Shown one piece after another: positions 55,101 through 64,000 of a stretch of DNA of 64,000 nucleotides. The notes beneath the pieces were generated by a model, which did no database searches, was not told the DNA's origin, and saw only the letters and a list, made by a program, of their open reading frames with translations. Position 1 is the first letter of the stretch, and every line of letters begins with the position of its first letter. Origin of the DNA: Chrysomallon squamiferum. Lineage: Eukaryota; Animalia; Mollusca. Position numbers and translations under genes: made by a program. The DNA lies in contig CM022667.1 in NCBI GenBank assembly GCA_012295275.1, positions 21,328,001 to 21,392,000 on the forward strand. Reading direction: 5' to 3'.

Positions 55101-55620
55101 TATAAAGTGAAACCGACACAGCATATACATGACGTTTTAAATTTGATATAATTATTATTTTTGTGCTAAAACAACCAGATTAAATTGGATAAATAATCTG
55201 TTACTGATTATAATTATTATTTGTAGTTGTATGTATAGTGTACATGTATATCTGCCTCTCTGAAAATATATTATTATTTCCATGTTTAATATCTTTCATT
55301 TTATTATATTAGATTTTCCTTTAGTGTGCAACCGTTTTTTTTTATTTTATTCATTTGTAAATTTAAATTGTGTTATGATTGGTAATTAATTTTCCACTTG
55401 TTATCAAGCTTGAAAACTGTACGTTTTAAAATGAAATTCAGATAATTCTGTTATCACACATATTTGTTACTTTGCTAATCAGCTGTTCATTACTTAAACT
55501 TCAGTTTTGTGTTAATCATACAGCAATATAGTGGGTATTTATATGATCTTTTTAATTTACTGAGCAGACTGTATCTGATAGATCTGGTTTTCAGTAGTAT
55601 CCGAGATTCGCTCGGCCCTA

Positions 55621-55998
<378 letters not shown>

Positions 55999-55999
55999 T

Positions 56000-56156
56000 G
56001 GGGCGGATCCAGCTTTTCTGATGAAGGGGGAGTACATGACAAAAGGGCACCATAACATTATGAAAAGGCACTACTGAAATTACACATATAATAGAGATGC
56101 TGTTGTATTCTTCAGTGTTCTATACATTGACAGAATTTGTTTTTTTTTAAAAATCA

Positions 56157-56187
<31 letters not shown>

Positions 56188-56244
56188 CATCCCAAATTTG
56201 ACGGGGGTCCGGGCGCCTTGAACTCCTCTCTAGATCCGCTCCCC
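56000..56244. mobile_element. Short MITE with GGGGCGGATCCAG-type TIRs
   Basis: Left ggggcggatccag (56000-56012), right ctagatccgctcccc (56230-56244). CA repeats resume immediately after the element. Confidence 0.65.
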
Positions 56245-56415
56245 CCACACACACTGGATGTATTACTGTATATATGTTTGTGTTTTTAGGTTTTAATTTA
56301 CCTATTTTACAACATATTCCAATATCAGAGAACAGTGTCAATAATCTAATCGTTAATTCAACAAATGACAGATTGGAAGCTATTAGTTTAATTCTTTATC
56401 GTCTTCTACTTTCAG

Positions 56416-57688
56416 TTTTCTGCTAGACCGGTCTGGCGCAGGCGCACTCAGTGTCAATAGGACGGCGGTGATGTCTGTTATACGACAACTGACAGTTAGC
56501 GACCAGCAGCAGTTGTTCAGGCAGTCGGGAGTTACCAGTCTGCAAGAACTGGAATCTCTTCTGTACGAAGATACGATGCGGGTGGAGAATTATGAAGAAC
56601 CATACATGCAGTACTTGGAATTTCGTATGAGCAAGTTTCTTCTTTTGTACATTCCTCCAATTATAATCATCATCGGAACGTTTGGAAATTTGTTTTCTTT
56701 TCTAGTTCTCAGACGTCGTTCTATGATTAAGGTATCCACGTATTTTTACCTCGCCTGTCTTGCCATTGCCGATTTGTTTGTTCTGCATATTGGATTACTA
56801 CCTACATGGATTGGGAAATTAACAGGAGTCATTTTGCAAAACGAGGCATTATGGTTGTGCAAGCTTACCGTTATACTTGGCTACGTCGTGAGCGACACCG
56901 CGGTTTGGATTATTATGGCGGTGACGGTAGAAAGGTTTATTGTCGTCTGCTACCCGTTCAAAGCCAATGAAATGTGTAATGTACCACGTGCGAAAAAAGT
57001 TATACTTGGCCTTGTTCTGCTAATGTTTGTTATAAACCTTCACTTCCTCTGGACGGTGCAGACAGTCGTAGAGAGCGCAGACGGCCGAAACGCTGTCGTC
57101 TGTCGCGCAACTGATCCGTACAAAGTGTTGCTGGAAGAAGCGTGGCCTTGGGTGGACACCTGCATTTATTCCTTTTTACCTTTCATGTTCATTTTGATGT
57201 TGAACATCATGATAATTCATCAGGTGGTGAAAGCGCACAACTGCAGAGAGAAGATGCAGAGCTTTTCGGAAAGACAAAAACTGGACGCACGACGACAGAG
57301 CACTGAGGGGACAAAACTGACAATCATGCTTCTCACCGTTTCATTCAGTTTTCTCTTAACCACGTTGCCCATGAACATTTTTCTTATTGTGACGACATTT
57401 GGGAATCAGCTTCTCCACGATCCGAAAAATATCGCTCGCTTCAGCTTGGCAGAAGCCATAACCAAACTACTAATGTACGTGAATCATTCCATGAACTTCT
57501 TCTTGTACTGTGCAACTGGCAAAAAGTTTAGACAACAAATTAGGCGTCTTTTGTGTAAGAGAGAATCGTCTCAGAGGACGTGGTTGTCGATGACGGAAAA
57601 CAGCCCTAAAGCAAAGAATAATATTATTCAGAAGCACAAAAATGAAAATATTCTTTGTTATACTAATTCTGAAGTAACTTGTGTTTAA
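56416..57688 (+). CDS. Class A (rhodopsin-like) 7TM peptide GPCR, FMRFamide/sex-peptide-receptor-like group; whole 7TM region in one exon
   Basis: 406-aa ORF with seven hydrophobic segments: TM1 GTFGN, TM2 LACLAIADL, TM3 CK...AVTVERFIVVCYP, ECL2 Cys, TM5 FLPF...LN, TM6 FLLTTLP, TM7 NHSMNFFLYC, helix 8 GKKFR. The acceptor tctactttcag ends at 56415 and the frame is open from there. The ligand cannot be assigned from sequence alone. Confidence 0.95.
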
Positions 57689-58690
57689 AGGATAAGTAAA
57701 GATGATTTTTTTCTTCTTCTATATTTTGCACAAACTGTCATGGATAATATATTCAAAATTTTCTCATACTATACTGGAATTTGATGTTTACAGAATTTTT
57801 TTTTAATTAATTTACACTAAAAACCCTGAACAGAACTAAATAAATCGATGAAAAAAAAAAAAAAAAAAAAAACTAACTAAAAAAACGAAAAAAAAACCCC
57901 GAAAGAAATACAAATAAAACATTACACAGAAAAGCAACATATGAATTAATACTTATTTAGCATCATCTCAACATCATCTGACTGTAAAATCCAGTGATTC
58001 TTGATTAAATCTTAGCGTATGAACCTACTGCTTCACCTCGTGAGCTGTCGTAGGCGAGTAGAAACACGATATCGTTACATGCACGTACTAGTTAGAATGG
58101 GAAGTAACGCATCTACTAAAAATACTAAAACTACGTAGCTAGTAATTCCAGTGGTTTATTTAAACAAAACTAATTTCAGGAAGAAGAAAGAAATAAAGAA
58201 AACGTAAAACGTAATAATGTACTGACTGGGAAAAATAGTGAACTGTATGTAAACACGTCCAGTATTCGTAGATTCACTCGCAAAGAGGTTAGAACACTGC
58301 ATGATACATTTATATATCATTCTCACTTGGTTATTTTATTATTGATGAATATTAACAAATACAATTAGTATCTATTTATTTATTTGCATAAGTTTTATAG
58401 GATGATTAATGATTATATAAATGACTTTTAAAATTCATGCTGTTTATCACATATATTCAATTATTGTTCTTGTAACATTAATTTAATGTAAAATGTTAAA
58501 TATTTGATTAAATTTTAATAGCTGACATTAAAACATTTTATGAAATTTGTTTTCTTTTAATAAACTACAAATAATAAAATAATGCAATTCAAATGAATAA
58601 AAAAAAAAATAGGGCATTTCAGTACACGGGTGTTTTTTTATAATTATTTTATTTTATTTATTTATATTTTATTTATTTATTTATTTATTG

Positions 58691-58735
<45 letters not shown>

Positions 58736-59369
58736 TTACTTTGTTATCATTATCATCATCATCATTATTGTGTCTTCTTGCTGTCATTTTTTTCTTTGTT
58801 ATATTGAACTTAAAATTAGTTTTTAATTAATTAATAAATAATTATAATTATTATTTCCTATTTATTGAAATGGAATATTTTTTTTTATAAATTAATAAAA
58901 CTTTATTAACAAATACTGATCTTCCAAAATAGTATATGTTATCTGGAATCTGAAAATAACTTTACTTTTTTTTTTTTTGCTGATGACAGAGAAAAAGAAT
59001 CATACTTAAAAAGAATTAATTTACAATTTTCTCTGCCGCGCGTACCGCGCTTCAAACTGGCTTTTTTAAACCTCAGATAAAACTGAGTTACTGGCGTACC
59101 TAGGATTTTTATTTATTTATTTACTTTTTTTGTTCTGCATCAGAGCAAGTTTTTTTTAAATCTTTTTTGTTTAAACCGATTTGTGAATATGTCCGAAAAG
59201 TTACCTGTCAACACCTGGGGTTACAGGTATTGTCAGACTAGAAATAGAGAACAAACATATTTCTGTCCTTCGTGTTACACACAAACGGTTTGCCGCTGTA
59301 CACACACGCATCACGCACGCGCCACTCACAACACACCACGCGCAGTGTACACACCAAATGAATCTCACT

Positions 59370-59482
59370 CTCTGTCTTTCCTCTCTATTCTGTCTTCGTT
59401 CTTTCCTCTCTATTCTGTCTTCGTTCTTTCCTCTCTATTCTGTCTTCCTTCTTTCCTTTCTATTCTGTCTTCCTTCTTTCCT
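59370..59482. repeat. 25-bp pyrimidine-rich tandem repeat, about 4 copies
   Basis: Unit tctgtcttcgttctttcctctctat. Confidence 0.85.
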
Positions 59483-60579
59483 TTCTATTTATTTTTTCTT
59501 TCTTTCTTTCATTTTCCCATTATTTCCTTCTTTCTGAATTTATTCTCTTGATACCTAAGTGCTAGGACAATATCACTTTATAGATGGGACATTAATGATC
59601 TTATCTTTTCTTGTTCAAGAACCTCTCCTAGAACAACATTTGTTTTCATTATTAGATAATGAGAGAGCAGCTTGTTAACTATAAATGTCATGGCTCGATG
59701 TTAATCTTTAAGAAATCTAATAAAATGAGAAAAATGAATTAGCTCTTGCTGGCCTGGCATTTTCACAACGTAATTGATGTACGTGTCCAGTTTTAGAGAC
59801 ATTGTTAGACCGTGTTTAAATCATTAGAAACTACATGTGGTATTTTGTGACAATTACCTGGAATTAACAGTTTTATATGAGAGTTATTACCCTCTGCTGA
59901 CACATTTCCACTGCAGCGTGTGAATATTTATGTTTGTAAATATACTGCTATATTTGCCATTCCGGTAATTTTTGCTATCAGATTTTTTTTTTTTTTTTTT
60001 TTTTTTTTCTTTTCTTTTTTTATTCTCAAGTTTTTGTCACATCATAATCTTTGTAAAAGGGAAAACAATGGTAAAACATTTTAATTACATATATAAAAAA
60101 GCAATTTATATTTATTTCTATAATAAAGACATTTTTTAATTCACTTTGTTTACTTTTTTCGTATGAGATAAGAATGTATTTCAGTTTATAACCAGAATAC
60201 TTAGTGAATAGAAGTATAAATAGTTTTATATTTATTAATTATTATTTATTTTTTAAATATGTTCACTGATACATTTATATTATTTTACTTAATTAGAGAA
60301 CTAAAGAAATATGATTACTATTACATAAATTTTATTCTTGTAATGTTCAATTTTTGCATATTGCCAGTGGCTATCTGTTCTTCTGATAGTTCTTAAAAAC
60401 TAATTGAAATAATAATTACTCAGTAATTTATTTTCTTCGCATGACTGGAGGAATGATGACGTCGAGGAACAGTGCAGTGATTTGAATGAATGAAAGTGTA
60501 AGTCACGTGCTTTTTATTTCAGGACGTGCAAGAGTATTTACTGATTCGTCAATAAGTTACCGCTCGTTTTAACAATGCG

Positions 60580-60594
60580 CAGCGCCCTCTTGTG
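60580..60594 (-). promoter_or_regulatory. CTCF-like motif within a CpG-richer patch
   Basis: The minus strand reads cacaagagggcgctg, close to the CTCF core CCAC(C/T)AG(A/G)GGGCGC. Nearby are gatgacgtc (about 60455), the E-box gtcacgtg (about 60502) and a gcgcgcgc run. Confidence 0.4.
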
Positions 60595-62849
60595 TGTGCG
60601 CGCGCCTAGGTGTGGATGTTTTATATCTCTAAATAGCTATCCAGCATCGAGATACGATGCATATATATCTATATATCTATATACATATACATATGTCTCA
60701 GACTAACAGCAAATGCAAATTAAAAATCGTTGATATTAATTAAATCGGTTTGGACTGAAGATAAATTAAACTATGTATTAACCATTTTCTTCAAATTTCC
60801 TGTCAAATGCAGCTTGTTTTGTTTGCCTGTCTGAAGTTAACTGAGCGTCGAGGCTCCGAGCGAACTTTGTTTCTGTTTTAGCAGATTAATGGTTGTTATC
60901 GCGGGGTCGAATGACGGGTGCTGTGTGACTGATCACCGAATGAAGCGAGATCCGGTTTAAGAAAACAAACATTCGTCTGCGTTCGTATCGAAGAAAACTT
61001 TCTCGTAAAATGTTTTCATTCTAAATTATTATTATTGCTCTTGTCATGTGACTGAACGAACACAACGAATGATTACAGTAATTGCATATACATGTATATA
61101 GAAGTTGAAATTTCATAATAAAGATATTATGATAAAAAGGAAAATAAAATATGATATAAAAATAAATAATTAAACATACAAACAGACTAAAAAAGACATA
61201 GTTTATGCTAATAATAATAAGAAGAAAAATAAGAAAAGAAATGACAAAAATAACTAAAAAAAAAACCCCATACGTCAATTAGTTTTTTTTAGTACTGAAG
61301 CTGTTTTCTCCAAAGTAACTTTTTACTCATTTAGTTTTTCAACCAGACAATAAGAACGGGAGTTCAGTATCGGATAAGAAAATACCACAGAGGAACAGTG
61401 GAACAGTGTGTACACATGAATGCTTAGTAACCACTCGGAGATCAACTTTGTCTTAGAACGCCTTAGGGCATCACTGTATTTACTGCAACCCCGGCCTCTT
61501 ACATTCAGTCCTGCGAGGACTAGCAACAAAAAACATTTACTGAAATGTTGATTTTTTTTCTTTCTGTTTTGAAAGTAAGATATTAATACAGTATTAATCT
61601 ATATCTAAGATCGATCATATTTCAGACGCTATAATCCAGTATTAGCTTACATTAAACAGAGATACACACAGACACAAATACGCTTTAGAAACTGTATTAG
61701 TCGTGTTCAATCTAACAAAGTCTGTCTGTATCTGACATCGATGAGCTCTGCAGCCGTATGTTGTTTTAAATACGATCAACACTTTGTAAAACGTATAAAC
61801 AAATTAATAATAATTTATCCGTAGAAAAAAAACACACAAAAATAACAAACAAAACATACGAAACTTTCCATAGATCTGTCGTGATGCTTTGTATGTCACA
61901 CAGGGTGGGAGGAATAGTCCAGGAAGATACCGAGAAAAAAAGAAAAAAGAAAAGAATCATAAGAATCATTTCATATCCACCTAAAAACAGACAGACGCAG
62001 TAATAGAATGAAAGAGACAGAGACGATCATTAAAATACTTTCATCACATACGATGTCGTACACATCAAACAAATAATCTCATGGCTTCCACTTACATCAC
62101 GTTTTTAAAAAAGTACAGAAAGGGAAAAGATGTCAATTCGTAACTCAGCATAAATACGAGTCTACCTGATCATAATTTCTACACTACGCAAAGTATTGAT
62201 ATTCTGTGAACATCAGAGGCTGTAAAAATAAATAATTTCTTAAAACAGAAATCCTCAGCAGCAGCAGCTATTTTATTTCACAGAATGTTTACGTGTATCA
62301 GAAGTATCAAGGTCTGTGTCAAATTTTAATTAATTAGTTTTAGTAATTTATTTAAGCTTATTGTTAATTTTGCTTATTCAGTACGCTTGTTCGGTCGGAT
62401 TATTTCAGATTCTGGTTTCGCGGGTTTCAGTTGCTGAATACAATGGGAACTAATGGAGTTCCTGATTTTATCCAAGGCAAACTACACAACACAGAAAAAA
62501 AGAAAAAAAGTAAAGAAAATGAGAGTGAAAAAAAAAAAAGATGTTTAGCTACACATAAATGTATAATAATTACTGTTTGAAGAAAAATGACTCAACCAGT
62601 GTTTAATAAATAGGATATATATATATTTTTTTTTTTAGAATTCAAACCATCTCTTATTATTTACATGTGATTCTCACAAACAACATCTACTTCATCTCTG
62701 TGACGAGCCTGAAGATAAATGTTTGGATACGAAAACACATCATCTTTCATCATGTGACCAGATTACTCCCCCCCCCTTCCATCTCGTCAACAGTATAACT
62801 GTAATTGATAAAAAAAGGCTTTCGACTATATAACTGAAGTTAACATAAA

Positions 62850-63535
62850 ACTATTAACAAATAACTGTTATTGATACAAAACTATGAACAATATAGCTGT
62901 AGTTGATTCAAAACTATGAACAATATAGCTGAAGTTGATACAAAAATATGAATAATATAGTTGTAGTTGATGCAAAACTATCAACAATATAGCCGTAGTT
63001 GATATAAAACTATGAACAATATGACTGTAGTAGATACAAAACTATGAATAATATGACTGTAGTTGACACAAACTATCAATATAGCTGTAGTTGATACAAA
63101 ACTACGAATAATATGACTGCTGTTGATTCAAAACTATCAACAATATGACTGTAGTTAATATAAAACTATCAACAATATAGCTGTAGTTGATACAAAACTA
63201 TGAACAATATGACTGTAGCTGATACAAAACTATGAATAATATGACTGTAGTTGATACAAAACAATATAACTGTAGTTGATATAAAACTATCAACAATATA
63301 GCTGTAGTTGATACAAAACAATGAACAATATGACTAGTTGATGCAAAACTATCAACAATATAGCTGTAGTTGATACAAAGCTATGAACAATATAGCTGTA
63401 GTTGACAGAACAGTGTGTACAATATGACTGTAGTTGATACAAAACTGTCATCAATATGACTGTAGTTGATAGAAAACAATGAACAATATTACCGTAATTG
63501 ATACAAAACTATGAACGCTATAACTGTGTGACATA
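62850..63535. repeat. 32-bp diverged minisatellite, about 21 copies; resumes after 63898
   Basis: Unit aaaactatgaacaatatagctgtagttgatac. Confidence 0.92.
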
Positions 63536-63539
63536 AAAC

Positions 63540-63897
63540 AATCATCACTATAACTGCACAAAGCTATCACTATAACTGCACAAAGCTATCACTATAACTG
63601 CACAAAGCTATCACTATAACTGCACAAAGCTATCACTATAAGTGCACAAAGCTATCACTATAAGTGCACAAAGCTATCACTATAACTGCACAAAGCTATC
63701 ACTATAAGTGCACAAAGCTATCACTATAAGTGCACAAAGCTATCACTATAACTGCACAAAGCTATCACTATAACTGCACAAAGCTATCACTATAACTGCA
63801 CAAAGCTATCACTATAACTGCACAAAGCTATCACTATAAGTGCACAAAGCTATCACTATAAGTGCACAAAGCTATCACTATAAGTGCACAAAGCTAT
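63540..63897. repeat. 22-bp homogeneous minisatellite, about 16 copies
   Basis: Unit cactataa(c/g)tgcacaaagctat. Confidence 0.95.
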
Positions 63898-64000
63898 CGA
63901 CAGTATAATTGGTTGATACAAAATTATGAACAATATAACTGTAAATAATATAGAACTATCAAAAATATTAACTAGTTAATACAAAACAGTCAACAATATA

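Overview
AT-rich, intron-containing animal genomic DNA, not prokaryotic. The gene and repeat style suggests a lophotrochozoan such as a mollusc, which is inference only. Five protein-coding genes were reconstructed by hand from splice signals. (1) The 3' part of Acinus/ACIN1 (+, 1-7681), with an apparent 1-nt frameshift in the RSB motif and a GC-AG intron. (2) A complete 9-exon DHODH (-, 14784-9067). (3) A small secreted prepropeptide with a C-C-CC-C-C inhibitor-cystine-knot framework (-, 19106-18596); the ORF track shows only its first coding exon. (4) A 4-exon coactosin-like gene (+, 21396-23998). (5) A rhodopsin-class peptide GPCR (+, main exon 56416-57688) with a probable 5' exon 20 kb upstream. 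The window also holds a decayed Tc1/mariner element, several MITE-like elements, a three-level nested inverted duplication, and many mini- and microsatellites. The most notable items are the toxin-like knottin gene, a 23-bp copy of an Acinus exon inserted in the transposase 11.8 kb away, and the nested foldback at 30-32 kb. All coordinates were read by eye and may be off by a few bases.
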